Of a stretch of 64,000 nt of DNA, positions 44,702-55,539 are shown piece after piece. Position 1 is the stretch's first letter. Each line of letters opens with the position of its first letter. Origin of the DNA: TPA_inf: Saccharomyces (taxonomy: Eukaryota); assembly GCA_000146045.2 (NCBI GenBank), contig BK006949.2:352001-416000 (forward strand), given 5' to 3'. The translations under genes were made by a program, and so were the position numbers. The notes under the pieces are model-generated. The model was not told where the DNA came from. It made no database searches and saw only the letters and a list, made by a program, of their open reading frames with translations.

Positions 44702-46105
44702 TTAATGCTTCTTCCATCTTTGATCTACTTTCTTTTGAGTATTAGGTGTATACCATACACTTTCAGATCCAAAATCAGCCTCGGACATTTTTACAAACGA
44801 AATAAGGCCATTATCCATAATAGCGATAATAAAGCTCCGATATCCCGTCTTCAATCTACGATTTTGCTGTATGTGAGGTGGGTACGCCTTTCTCTTCTTT
44901 TTCGTGCTAGACTGTGCAGTTTTTTTTTGAAAACTTGCTTTCATAGACGACTCACTTTTTTCAGTTTGAGATTTCGCGCTCCTCTTATGAATATATTCCT
45001 TTCGTGGGATATCTTCAACGTAGGAGTTTGTCTCCCAATCGTCATCATCCTCGATTTCGCTTAAAAATTCGAATTTATAATCAAGTGAGGAAAACATAGA
45101 TCGCAGCTCTTTATAGGTAGGAAAATGCTGAAGATCGTCATTTTTATTGTAAACGAAAACTTGGAAATCAGGAAGACCGGGGTCTCTTTTCTTGAAATTA
45201 GAATGGGGTTTCCATACTTTAAATGTCAAGGGAATATCCTTTACCTTTTGAAATTCCCTATCAGATTGTGCATCCAATAGCTCTTTTTTATTCTTTGGTA
45301 CAGCCACGGAACGAACAAGCCTATTTAAACCCTGGTATAACTGTGGTGAAGTCGTATATTTACGAAAAAAAAAATTCCACTTAGAATAGAAGAAACCACT
45401 AAACAGCGATAACTCTTGTATTTTAAACAATGAAAGTAATCTCCAAGTGATTGCTTGTAAATTACTTCGTTGCTTTTTCAATGGGAAAAAGGAAGTCTTG
45501 ACTGCTGCTTCTTGATTGCTGGGTTTTAGAATAAAACCCAACCTTTTTAAATGAGCAAACACAAAATATTGGTCCATTTCCTGTTGCGATGAAAACAGCG
45601 AATACAAATCCTCCATACTGAGTAAAATCTCTGTTTCGTGCTTTGAGCTTTTGTTAGAGCCTGCTTCTAATCTATAATAAGGAAGAATAGTGCCTCTCTC
45701 TGCCAAATAAACAAACTCATGGAAGTCAAGCCAGAGTTCGCCTGTGCTATCAGCCCTTCCCATCGTTTGCATAAAGCTGCCTTTGGGTTTAAGTAGAACG
45801 GCTTGATGTTTATGGGGAACATAGTATCCTCTTACTTCAGATTTTACTGTTGTGCCTCTTATTGAGTCTGATATGGTATCAAACATGGCTTTACTTGCAT
45901 TATAGAGAAGCAGATCTTGCAAATTAGTCCCATCTGGTTCATAGTCTTTTTCACCCCTCTTTGGAAGTGAAAGAGCAGCATTTTTGCTAACGAGCGATGC
46001 GAGTTGCGACCAATCTTGTTGTAGTTCTTCTTCTTCTTCTTCTTCTTCTTCAAAGCCCGGATTAGATGTGGTCACTTGATCAGTTTTCTTCCCAGCGAAT
46101 TGCAT
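44702..46105 (-). CDS. SEN54: tRNA splicing endonuclease structural subunit (467 aa)
   Basis: ORF from ATG 46105. N-terminal poly-Glu run (FEEEEEEEEELQQD). Length 467 aa and position match YPL083C. Confidence 0.88.
   Translation of the reverse strand: MQFAGKKTDQVTTSNPGFEEEEEEEEELQQDWSQLASLVSKNAALSLPKRGEKDYEPDGTNLQDLLLYNASKAMFDTISDSIRGTTVKSEVRGYYVPHKHQAVLLKPKGSFMQTMGRADSTGELWLDFHEFVYLAERGTILPYYRLEAGSNKSSKHETEILLSMEDLYSLFSSQQEMDQYFVFAHLKRLGFILKPSNQEAAVKTSFFPLKKQRSNLQAITWRLLSLFKIQELSLFSGFFYSKWNFFFRKYTTSPQLYQGLNRLVRSVAVPKNKKELLDAQSDREFQKVKDIPLTFKVWKPHSNFKKRDPGLPDFQVFVYNKNDDLQHFPTYKELRSMFSSLDYKFEFLSEIEDDDDWETNSYVEDIPRKEYIHKRSAKSQTEKSESSMKASFQKKTAQSSTKKKRKAYPPHIQQNRRLKTGYRSFIIAIMDNGLISFVKMSEADFGSESVWYTPNTQKKVDQRWKKH
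46025..46051 (-). repeat. SEN54: (GAA)9 trinucleotide repeat encoding poly-Glu in the SEN54 N-terminus
   Basis: The plus strand shows a perfect (CTT)9 run. Confidence 0.9.
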
Positions 46106-46479
46106 TTAAATTGGCAGAAGAACAGAGGTTTTATGTATGTTTATATCCAAACGTTTCGATAGCTCAAATGAATAATTTTTCATACTGAGATGAAGCTCTG
46201 CAGAGTTCGACTAAACTGTTTCTAGTTTCCCTTTGGCGCAACTTAACTATGAAAAATAATAAAATAAAAAAAAAGTCCAAGCCATAATCAATAGACAGCT
46301 AATAACCTGAATTTTAACAAGAGAATATGAAAACATTATCAATACTGATTTGAATATACCCGTAAATTCTATAAGACTCCATTAATATACCGTATTATAT
46401 TACAAGTTGATAATACATAAATGCGTTAAATAAAACAAAAATGACCTTGTATACGCGTCATTCCAATGCAAGAATTTGT

Positions 46480-49400
46480 TTATCGTAAAGTTTTGATGAA
46501 GGTGTCTAAATTATACTCCTCCTCGTATTGAGATGGGTCCCATAGCTCTTTCAATTCACCGAGGGCCTCTTTGGCTTTGCCAGTTAAACCAGTCTCGTTG
46601 GCAATATCTTCCATGCCCTTGGCTGCTTGGGAATCGCCATTATTCTTTTCCTCATTGTCCTGTGAGGTAACGTTATCGGGGTCGAAGAGATCAAGCAGCT
46701 GATGTGTATCCATGGATGCTAATCCACTGTTTTGCTGATTAACAACTGTAGAAGCTATATTCATTTTGAATTTCTGCAAACCCATGATTTTTTCTTCAAG
46801 CGTACCTTTCGTAATAATTCTGTAAACATTAACAACCTTTTTCTGACCAATTCTATGTGCTCTGTCCATTGCCTGTAGATCATTCATTGGATTCCAGTCA
46901 TGCTCTACAAAAATGACGGTGTCTGCACCAGTTAAATTCAGACCCAGCCCTCCGACCTTGGTGGTCAACAGTAGGCAATCAATAGAGGGATCTTCGTTAA
47001 ATTTCCGAACAACTTTTTGTCTGTCTCTTGGGTCAATGCTTCCATCTAGCCTCATATAGGTTACGGAGGGCATATACTTTTTAAACAAGTCATTTTCAAC
47101 CATGTCTAGCATATCTTTTAGTTGGCAGAAAATCAGGGCTCTGTGTTGTGATATGACATTTTGAATAGGAAAATTCTGATCTTGGCTTGCTTTTTTGTCG
47201 ATATCTTCTTCACCTATACCACATTCAAAGAGTAATGTTCTCAATGCGCTCAGTTTTGGAGCGTTGATAATATCGTGTAAATCTAGACCAGTTTGCTTTA
47301 AATAGTCTTGTACTTGCGCTAATTGCGGGTGATTTGGTGAAAGGACCAAAGCTGGATGATTACACAATTTTCTCATGTATTGTAAAGCTTGGAAAATATG
47401 TTGCTTGCCATCAGCAATCTCAGAATTTTCAATATCTTTCTCAACTACATTTTTTTGTTTTTTAGTAAAATCCATGTATAGTTGTTTTTGTAAATCACCT
47501 AATTCACAGTAGTAATCCTGAATAATTTTAGGTGGTAAATCAGATAGAACGTCTTCCTTCAATCTTCTCAGCATGAAAGGTAGAACTTGCTTATGTAGTG
47601 CCTCCAAAGCCAGTACACCTGCTTCCTGCTCCTTAGATGATGTTTTACTATTTCTTGACGCAGCGATTGGCTTTGCGAACCTTTCCTGGAACATCTTTTC
47701 CGTTCCCAAAAATCCCGGCATTAAGAAGTCAAACAGAGACCACAATTCTAAAACGTTGTTTTGGATGGGAGTTCCGGTTAAAATTAATCTATGGTTTGCA
47801 GTAATTTCTTTAACAGCCTTAGCAAGTTTTGATTGAGAGTTTTTAATTATATGTCCTTCATCCAAAACACAATAATTATATTCAGTTTTGTTTAGGACTG
47901 CGAGATCATTTCTAGCTACGTCATATGATGTTACAATAATATCAGCATCACTTAACTGTGGTCTCAGAGTTAATCTGACAGTTGGGCCACCGGCATACAC
48001 AACAACCTTTAAAAAGGGAGCATACTGGTCAAACTCGTTTTCCCAATGGCCAGTTAAAGATGGGGGGCATATTATGAGAGATGGTAAGGCTCTACTTTCA
48101 ACAGAACGCGTTTTTTCATAATCTTCCTTCCTCAAATATTGATCGCTTGCGATAATGCAGATGGTTTGTAATGTTTTACCCAAACCCATATCGTCACACA
48201 ATATTCCATGTAGATGATATTTGTTCAGGAATGCCAACCAGTTAACACCATCTTGCTGATATTTTCTTAAAGTCGCCTTGATGGCAATGGGTAATTTAAA
48301 TGGCTTAGCTTTAGAAGGATCCATCATTTGTTGGATAAAATCACGCTCCCTCTCTCTGCTTGCCACTAGTTCTTCTGGGAGTCCTTTTGGATCGGCGATA
48401 CCAGCTTCTAAAGGAACTAATTTGATGATAGAAGCAAATGTTGTTGTAGCTAAATTCCTCACATCTTCGTTCGAATCACTCATGCGACCCAAAAGTGGAA
48501 CTATTAAGAAAATGACGTAAGGTAGAACATCGGTTTCCATAGAAAGTGATAAATGATAAATAAGCTCCGTGGACCCTTGACGATCGGATAGAGAACCAGC
48601 GCTATTCATTAAAGGCAAAATCTCACGTATGGTGTAAGCCATTACCTCCACGGAGGAAATTTTAGCCAGATCAGCAAAAGTTCTTGCAGCTGAATAACGA
48701 AAAACAGATAAGTTTGATCTTAAGAACGTTAATAAAACAGGGAAACGGGTAAAAACCTCACTAGAACGTAGCGAATCAGACATAAATGGGAATAGAGCTC
48801 TTAGTACACCAAATGAGTCGACTATTTTTTGACCTTGCTCGTTGTCAACTTTACTTGCTTCCTCATTTTCATGATCAGATAATGAATCAAATAAAATCGA
48901 TCTAAGCTGAGGTAGTTTCTGTAATATAGAAGGCCCAAGAACTTCAAATAGTATTTTTAACGTAATCAACCCACCCTTCCTTTTTAGTTGAGCCTCTTCC
49001 GACATCTTTGCGAGATTAATGTCATCTTGTGCGGCAATCGAATTAGATTCTTTTATTAACGTCAATATTTTTTCTTTATATTCTGCATTTACGGAGAAAT
49101 CAGGAACTTCTGAAGTATCAACGCATAAAAATCCGCAGAGATTTTTGACTATCTTACCAGACACATTAACTTTATTATTTTCTAACAGTTGCTGAATCAA
49201 ATGTACGACCGATTCTCCGGCCATCGTTTGTAACTTTTCATTCCTTTCTTCTTTAACACTGTCCATTAGCGACCTGATAATGGGGTTTAATTTAAGAGGT
49301 AGACCATCAAATAACAAGATGGATGATGCGTAATTAGCGAGAATGCTGCCTGTACGAAGTTTTGCGGATTCTTTGGCTGAATTGATTGCCATCAACACGC

Positions 49401-52083
49401 GATGCTTAGAATCTTCTAATGGCTTCTTGGCCAATAGTTTGTAAGAGTTGTTCATGGATTTGAACATTTTATCATAGTATTCGCCGTACACTTTTTCTGC
49501 TGTTTCAACACCAAACGCATGTGGACCGGCTTCTGTTTCGCCTTGAACCACAATTGCTACGTTGGGTAGTTTGTACTGAGGTAACATACCTACATCCACA
49601 AAGGTAGCCAGTAGGCTTTGACATTGAGTCCTCAGAGCTTTTAAGCTAGGTACTAGCTCCCTAAATACAGGAAATTCATCGCGATTCAGTAACTGTTTAT
49701 TCATCACAGGACTGAAAATCTCTGATACAAAAGAAGGTAATTTTTCCCCTTCTGGATGCTTTTGTAACCACGAGGAGCAAAACTGTGAAACAATAATGCC
49801 TGCCAACATACGTGGAGTTGAGAATGGCAGCTCTAAACAACGAACCAGAACGTTTGTGAAGAAGGATTGAAGCGTGGAATCTTGAAACATTGACAATGTC
49901 AAAGCAAATGCCTTTGCTCCCATTATTCTAGTGTTCAATATTACGTCCAATCCTAGCAAAGTAATATCTCCAGCAATCATAGGTGCATCGATATTGATAT
50001 GTTCATTATTTTTTGGTATTGGAATGTCAGAATCTGTTGTGGTTTCAGATATAGAACGTTTTTTTTCTGGATGTAATTGATAGTGCTGGGAAGGCTTTAG
50101 AATATATTGTGATTCCATGGCATAATTCTTTCCCTTTTCCCCTACTGGCGTATTTAGAAGATGTAGTATTGGCTGCAAATGTTTACTGAAAACATGATCT
50201 AAAGTTTTTTCGGTATGCTTAACTTTATAATGCTCCAATAACGCAACATAAACATCAAAAGACAGTTGCAATAGTTCCGGGTTTTGCTCCAGTAAAATAT
50301 TCTGAAAAACTAGACGGAATACCTTGCCGTTTAACCAGTTTTTAGTAGAATCATCCTTTATTGATAAGAATGCAATCAGTAGATTCAAAACAGCCCTCCT
50401 CACAGAAGAAATCGAATGGCGTAAAAAGGGATACAATTTCGGTACCAGTGACTTGAATGACCACTCTGAAGGATGCTCTAAAGCCTTGTTCTTTAAAATA
50501 TCTAGTACTTCTTGGTGGTCGCACAACTTTGCCAATAGATCCATTATAGAACCTACGCTTGAAGATATATCATCATCTAAACGAGCTAGTAATGACCATA
50601 TCGTGGTCACCAAAATTTCTATGGTAGAGTTGTTTAATTTGACAAATTCGCTGGTTATTGGGGTTAAAATTGAGGCTGCTACGCTTTGAACGTCATCATC
50701 ACTTTGGTTTAAACCATATAGCACTATACGGACAACGTTTTCTAAAAGGCCATGGGCAAATAGGAAATTTGTCTTTATGCTGACGAAGTAACGAATCCCT
50801 AAAAGCCCTCCATGGGTAGCTTCCCATATTTTGTTCGGTAGACCTGTTTGTAGTGGATCTTGTAGAACCAGTTGTTCTAAACAATTAAATATTTTAATTG
50901 ATAAGGTACTGTCTAGGTGAATTAATAACGCAGCTAGAGTTTGCGCAACTGACTCTCGTACAGGGGCCACAACTGTATCATAAACATAATCACCAAATCT
51001 ATCCAATGCAAATACTGTAAGTAGACGGGACGCCAAGTCTTCTAAGCTTCTAGAATTCCTCAGGTTGTTCTCCTCTCGGGTATTCCCCTTAACCCTGCTG
51101 ACTCCATAAGCATGTTTTTTTACCAATTCTCGAAGACCCAACGCAGCTCCATGCCTTATTTCCCAATTTTCGCTCATTAGATTATCTAAAAGTAGTTCAT
51201 AAATGCCTTGGAATTGCCAAACTAGGCCAGCAACAATTTCGTGTTGTTCTAGCAATGGCCTTACTGTGGATTCTATCATTAGTTTACTTTCATCGGCTTG
51301 TTCAGTAATCTCCAGTTTGGGATTTAGCTGGTTACTGGTGGGAGAAGTGGCTAGCGATGCAGCAGAATTGGTCATATTTTTTCCATTTAATAAAGTCTTG
51401 GAAACTGAACTTTCCGTTATATCTACAGGATGTTTGGGAGTATTCTTAGCACTCATTTTCTTTTTTCGCCTTGCCATAGCAAGCATCCTTGCTGACTTCT
51501 TGTTAGCATTACTTTTATTTTCATTCGCCTTATCAGACGCATTTAGCATAGATGTTTCCTGTTTTATATCATCAGTTTTAGCTTGTTTTCTTATATTATC
51601 GTCAGCCTTACCAAGAACATTGTAATCATTCATACTCGACGCCAGGAGCACTTTACCTGACTTTAAAATTTCGTTCAATTTCCAATCAGACAGAGAACTG
51701 AGGTGATGGTCCTCCTGTAAGAGATTCAACTGATTGTTCTGAGTAGCCTCTTCCAATTTTATTTTCATTTCATGTTCCAACTTCACCTGAGCATTATCCA
51801 ATGGAGAACCTTCATTTGTACCACCTACCAAGTCAGATTCATTCGGATCCCAAGAAGGAGCATGGGCAACTATGCCACCCACAGCTCTTGCTGCAGTAAC
51901 ACGCGTTTCCCATTTCTTCACTAGTAAAAAGGGGTAAACTCTGGACAGCAACGAAAGAATGTCTTCGGGGTGCTGTTTGGCCAAGTCTCCCATTTGATCG
52001 GCAGCCATGTTCCGGACTACTTGGGTGGAACCGGTCTCTATTAATATTACCTGCCGGTCCAGCCTCGAAACTCGTGACGTCAT
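46480..52083 (-). CDS. MOT1: Swi2/Snf2-family ATPase that removes TBP from DNA (1867 aa)
   Basis: ORF from ATG 52083. N-terminal HEAT repeats; C-terminal SNF2 helicase motifs (DEGHIIKN, ILCDDMGLGKTLQ, LLTTKVGGLGLNLTGADTVIFVEHDWNP). Length matches YPL082C. Confidence 0.96.
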   Translation of the reverse strand: MTSRVSRLDRQVILIETGSTQVVRNMAADQMGDLAKQHPEDILSLLSRVYPFLLVKKWETRVTAARAVGGIVAHAPSWDPNESDLVGGTNEGSPLDNAQVKLEHEMKIKLEEATQNNQLNLLQEDHHLSSLSDWKLNEILKSGKVLLASSMNDYNVLGKADDNIRKQAKTDDIKQETSMLNASDKANENKSNANKKSARMLAMARRKKKMSAKNTPKHPVDITESSVSKTLLNGKNMTNSAASLATSPTSNQLNPKLEITEQADESKLMIESTVRPLLEQHEIVAGLVWQFQGIYELLLDNLMSENWEIRHGAALGLRELVKKHAYGVSRVKGNTREENNLRNSRSLEDLASRLLTVFALDRFGDYVYDTVVAPVRESVAQTLAALLIHLDSTLSIKIFNCLEQLVLQDPLQTGLPNKIWEATHGGLLGIRYFVSIKTNFLFAHGLLENVVRIVLYGLNQSDDDVQSVAASILTPITSEFVKLNNSTIEILVTTIWSLLARLDDDISSSVGSIMDLLAKLCDHQEVLDILKNKALEHPSEWSFKSLVPKLYPFLRHSISSVRRAVLNLLIAFLSIKDDSTKNWLNGKVFRLVFQNILLEQNPELLQLSFDVYVALLEHYKVKHTEKTLDHVFSKHLQPILHLLNTPVGEKGKNYAMESQYILKPSQHYQLHPEKKRSISETTTDSDIPIPKNNEHINIDAPMIAGDITLLGLDVILNTRIMGAKAFALTLSMFQDSTLQSFFTNVLVRCLELPFSTPRMLAGIIVSQFCSSWLQKHPEGEKLPSFVSEIFSPVMNKQLLNRDEFPVFRELVPSLKALRTQCQSLLATFVDVGMLPQYKLPNVAIVVQGETEAGPHAFGVETAEKVYGEYYDKMFKSMNNSYKLLAKKPLEDSKHRVLMAINSAKESAKLRTGSILANYASSILLFDGLPLKLNPIIRSLMDSVKEERNEKLQTMAGESVVHLIQQLLENNKVNVSGKIVKNLCGFLCVDTSEVPDFSVNAEYKEKILTLIKESNSIAAQDDINLAKMSEEAQLKRKGGLITLKILFEVLGPSILQKLPQLRSILFDSLSDHENEEASKVDNEQGQKIVDSFGVLRALFPFMSDSLRSSEVFTRFPVLLTFLRSNLSVFRYSAARTFADLAKISSVEVMAYTIREILPLMNSAGSLSDRQGSTELIYHLSLSMETDVLPYVIFLIVPLLGRMSDSNEDVRNLATTTFASIIKLVPLEAGIADPKGLPEELVASRERERDFIQQMMDPSKAKPFKLPIAIKATLRKYQQDGVNWLAFLNKYHLHGILCDDMGLGKTLQTICIIASDQYLRKEDYEKTRSVESRALPSLIICPPSLTGHWENEFDQYAPFLKVVVYAGGPTVRLTLRPQLSDADIIVTSYDVARNDLAVLNKTEYNYCVLDEGHIIKNSQSKLAKAVKEITANHRLILTGTPIQNNVLELWSLFDFLMPGFLGTEKMFQERFAKPIAASRNSKTSSKEQEAGVLALEALHKQVLPFMLRRLKEDVLSDLPPKIIQDYYCELGDLQKQLYMDFTKKQKNVVEKDIENSEIADGKQHIFQALQYMRKLCNHPALVLSPNHPQLAQVQDYLKQTGLDLHDIINAPKLSALRTLLFECGIGEEDIDKKASQDQNFPIQNVISQHRALIFCQLKDMLDMVENDLFKKYMPSVTYMRLDGSIDPRDRQKVVRKFNEDPSIDCLLLTTKVGGLGLNLTGADTVIFVEHDWNPMNDLQAMDRAHRIGQKKVVNVYRIITKGTLEEKIMGLQKFKMNIASTVVNQQNSGLASMDTHQLLDLFDPDNVTSQDNEEKNNGDSQAAKGMEDIANETGLTGKAKEALGELKELWDPSQYEEEYNLDTFIKTLR

Positions 52084-52759
52084 TTGAGGTGCTGTGTGTG
52101 TTGTGATACTTTTGTTCGTTAATATTGGAATACGATCGCTACTTATATTTTATGTTCTGAAGGACTCTAAAAGCAAATCAAAATAACCGCCGAGCTGTGT
52201 GTTCAGAGCTATAATAGCAGAATGGTGGTTTTTTTCTGAGCGCAATAGAAAATGGCGCGCAAACCGCCAAGGGAACGGAATTGGTGGAAATCATAAGCTT
52301 TTATATCAAGTGCAGCGGCCGGCGAGTGGGACGTGCTTTTTTTACTTTTGGGTTTTTGCGATGAGGCGGTAGACGCGTTGTCTTTGCGCCTGGGGCCCGC
52401 CGTCCAACGTGCGGGTACCGTACCCTGCAGTGTTGCAATCGTGTACTTGCCTTATAGTGTCAGCTATTGATCAAGGCCACATGCAAAATAGGGAAGGGGG
52501 GCATTGGCACAAAAGAGTGGTTAGACGCTCACAGGGGTGACTACGGTTACAAGTCTAAATATTTTAAGCCCATCATTACCGGCAATGCCCTCTGTACAGG
52601 AGTTATAAGAAAGATTATTCAATTTCGCGCTTGCATTATGAAAGAGGTTGCATTCTTCAATATCAGGTGAAATGTGTCTTGCCTAGACAATCTAAAAAAG
52701 GCTGCACACCCATGCATCATTCTAAAAAAATTATTTTTTTTCTTTTCATTTACTTTTCG

Positions 52760-52779
52760 TTTTTTTTTTTTTTTTTTTC
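52760..52779. repeat. poly(dT)20 tract in the MOT1 / RPS9A divergent promoter, about 170 nt upstream of the RPS9A ATG
   Basis: Homopolymer seen directly. Poly(dA:dT) tracts of this kind are associated with nucleosome-depleted promoter regions. Confidence 0.9.
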
Positions 52780-52949
52780 AGTTCGATTTCTTGGTCGGAC
52801 GCGATGGCAAATTTTTCATCGAGAGATTATCGTTATAAAGGCCTGTTGATTTTCAAAGAGATAGAAATCTTCTCTTTTAAGTATTCTTTTTTTAATTAAT
52901 AAAAACACAAGAAAACTAATACAGCAACAGAAATACAAAAGTATACAAC

Positions 52950-52956
52950 ATGCCAA
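52950..52956 (+). CDS. RPS9A: ribosomal protein S9 (uS4), exon 1 (ATGCCAA)
   Basis: ATGCCAA is followed by GTACGT. Joining to exon 2 gives [29 protein letters not shown]..., the known S9 N-terminus. Confidence 0.85.
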
Positions 52957-53457
52957 GTACGTCGTTAATCTTCTCCTTTTAAGGGGTTGAGAATATTTTT
53001 ATTAAAAAATCATACTTGCTATGATTTTGAGGATCGGGTCCTCATAAATATTTTGAAGAGCCTTTGTTGAATTTTTTTCTTTTCGTTTTGTTCAATAATG
53101 GACGGTTCTTCATAGAATACTTTTTTTTTCGGAGAAAACCTTTACACTGAACTCCCGACACTTCAGGTAAAGCGTTCCGAAGTAATTCAACATTAGAAGA
53201 GGAACATTTCCCCAGTTCTGATTATGTCTGTTGAAGATAACTCAAGTATTCTAGGCTTAATACAGAAATGTGTTAGGTTTGAGAACTCCATCATGGATTA
53301 TGCATATTCGTCAGTGACGTGCACAATTCTTTTGAAGATAGGAAGAACAAAACTTCAATAATTGCTTTAATAATATTTATGTAGTGATCTTGATCCTCGC
53401 ATTCGTTTGAAAAAGAGAGCGCTCACTAACAATGGTTGTAATTATCTTGTAAAACAG
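52957..53457 (+). other. RPS9A: spliceosomal intron of RPS9A (501 nt)
   Basis: 5'SS GUACGU (a known minor variant); branch-point-like CACTAAC at 53424-53430; 3'SS AACAG ends at 53457. Confidence 0.8.
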
Positions 53458-54044
53458 GAGCCCCAAGAACATATTCCAAGACTTACTCTACCCCAAAGAG
53501 ACCTTACGAATCTTCTCGTTTGGACGCAGAATTGAAGTTGGCCGGTGAATTCGGTTTGAAGAACAAGAAGGAAATTTACAGAATTTCCTTCCAGTTATCT
53601 AAGATTCGTCGTGCTGCAAGAGACTTGTTGACAAGAGACGAAAAGGACCCAAAGAGATTGTTCGAAGGTAATGCTTTGATTAGGAGACTAGTTAGAGTCG
53701 GTGTTTTATCCGAAGATAAGAAGAAGTTAGATTATGTTTTAGCCTTGAAGGTCGAAGATTTCTTGGAAAGAAGATTGCAAACTCAAGTCTACAAGCTAGG
53801 TTTAGCCAAGTCTGTCCACCATGCAAGAGTTTTAATCACTCAAAGGCACATTGCTGTTGGTAAGCAAATTGTCAACATCCCCTCTTTCATGGTCAGATTG
53901 GACTCTGAGAAGCACATTGACTTTGCTCCAACATCTCCATTCGGTGGTGCTAGACCAGGCAGAGTTGCTAGAAGAAATGCTGCAAGGAAGGCGGAAGCTT
54001 CTGGTGAAGCTGCTGATGAAGCTGATGAGGCCGATGAAGAATAA
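53458..54044 (+). CDS. RPS9A: ribosomal protein S9 (uS4), exon 2; total protein 197 aa
   Basis: Translation ...[62 protein letters not shown]... with an acidic C-terminus [12 protein letters not shown]. 7 + 587 nt gives 197 codons plus stop. Confidence 0.9.
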
Positions 54045-54171
54045 TTGTGCTGATTTTTATTTCTTAATTACGTGTTGAAATCACGATACTGGCATCCGAT
54101 AGGGGAGTTGTATTCACAATACTATCGATTTTGTAAAATAGGACGAAGAACTTTTTATATACGAGCATTTC

Positions 54172-54498
54172 CTAATTAGTAGGAAGCGGAAAATAATAAT
54201 ATAAGAAAGTAAACGCAAAAGATAGGCTGACTGCCTTCATTCGACTAGGAGGTGAGGCGACATATTTGTCACCATTCAAGTTACCGAGATGGTAGAGAGG
54301 TGGATGGCTCGGGTGAGCTTGATTGTACACTGCAGCAACGATGCTTTTTCTACCCATTTTATGAAGTTTAACATCCGTACCTTTCCACCTCCAAACATTT
54401 TTTGTAACTTCGTCCTTTGAAAAATCAAGAAGTAATAGGTGTGCAGTATAGGGCCGCTTGAGCGCGCAATATCGGTGAGTGAGGTAAGATCCATCCAT
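54172..54498 (-). other. dubious 108-codon ORF in the RPS9A-RPL21B intergenic region / RPL21B promoter (YPL080C-like); probably non-coding
   Basis: ORF with no recognisable fold, overlapping the promoter of a highly expressed RP gene. This position matches a known dubious ORF. Confidence 0.3.
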
Positions 54499-54635
54499 AC
54501 CTTAGCAAATATGGTAGTGAGGAGGCCAACTGTATTGCGTTAAAGGCAAAAGGATTGGTATATACGAATGATTGGTAATTTGAAAAGTAGGTTTCGAATC
54601 AAAGAAACTGAGACAGTCAAGGACACTAAACAAAA

Positions 54636-54646
54636 ATGGGTAAATC
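54636..54646 (+). CDS. RPL21B: ribosomal protein L21e, exon 1 (ATGGGTAAATC)
   Basis: Followed by canonical GTATGT. Joining to exon 2 gives [26 protein letters not shown]..., the known eL21 N-terminus. Confidence 0.85.
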
Positions 54647-55067
54647 GTATGTCCATATAACTTCAAAATGAAAATATAGCAGTTGAAACATATCAATTAA
54701 ATCATTATACATCTCCAATAAACATGTATGCAAGAGGAAAGCGTAAATATCTTCGATTTCGACAATACTTTGCTACTGAACTAAAAATGAAAATGAAGTT
54801 GAATTCTCAAAGGAATGTGATGCAAGTTCGTTAATTAATATGGTTTTTAGTGGAATTATCATAGTTTGTGATAGATACACACGAGGAGTAGTGAGCAAAG
54901 CAAGTGCAACAGCAATGATATGTTAGCAGGAAATAATATTATAAATTGGATATTGTGTGTTTTTTTGATATATGTTTGTCGAAGCTAATACAGAATGATT
55001 ACTAACTGGAATTTAAAAGCACAATCATGCTCTTGGATGATTGATCTATTAAAAAATTATAAAACAG
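54647..55067 (+). other. RPL21B: spliceosomal intron of RPL21B (421 nt)
   Basis: 5'SS GUAUGU; canonical branch point TACTAAC at 55000-55006; 3'SS AACAG ends at 55067. Confidence 0.85.
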
Positions 55068-55539
55068 ACATGGTTACAGATCTCGTACACGTTACATGTT
55101 CCAACGTGACTTCAGAAAGCATGGTGCCGTTCACATGTCCACCTACTTGAAGATCTACAAGGTTGGTGACATTGTCGACATCAAAGCCAATGGTTCTATC
55201 CAAAAGGGTATGCCACACAAGTTCTACCAAGGTAAGACCGGTGTCGTCTACAACGTTACCAAGTCTTCTGTTGGTGTTATCATCAACAAGATGGTCGGTA
55301 ACAGATACTTGGAAAAGAGATTGAACTTGAGAGTTGAACACATCAAGCACTCTAAATGTAGACAAGAATTTTTGGAAAGAGTTAAGGCCAATGCTGCTAA
55401 GCGTGCTGAAGCCAAGGCCCAAGGTGTTGCTGTCCAATTGAAGAGACAACCAGCTCAACCAAGAGAATCCCGTATTGTCTCTACTGAAGGTAACGTTCCT
55501 CAAACTTTAGCTCCAGTTCCATACGAAACCTTCATTTAA
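55068..55539 (+). CDS. RPL21B: ribosomal protein L21e, exon 2; total protein 160 aa
   Basis: Translation ...[65 protein letters not shown]... 11 + 472 nt gives 160 codons plus stop. Confidence 0.9.

Noticed and set aside
47573-51625. Plus-strand ORFs inside MOT1 (47573-47836, 50324-50689, 51203-51625 and others)
   Set aside because: Antisense to a highly conserved SNF2 ATPase gene; random-length ORFs with no features.
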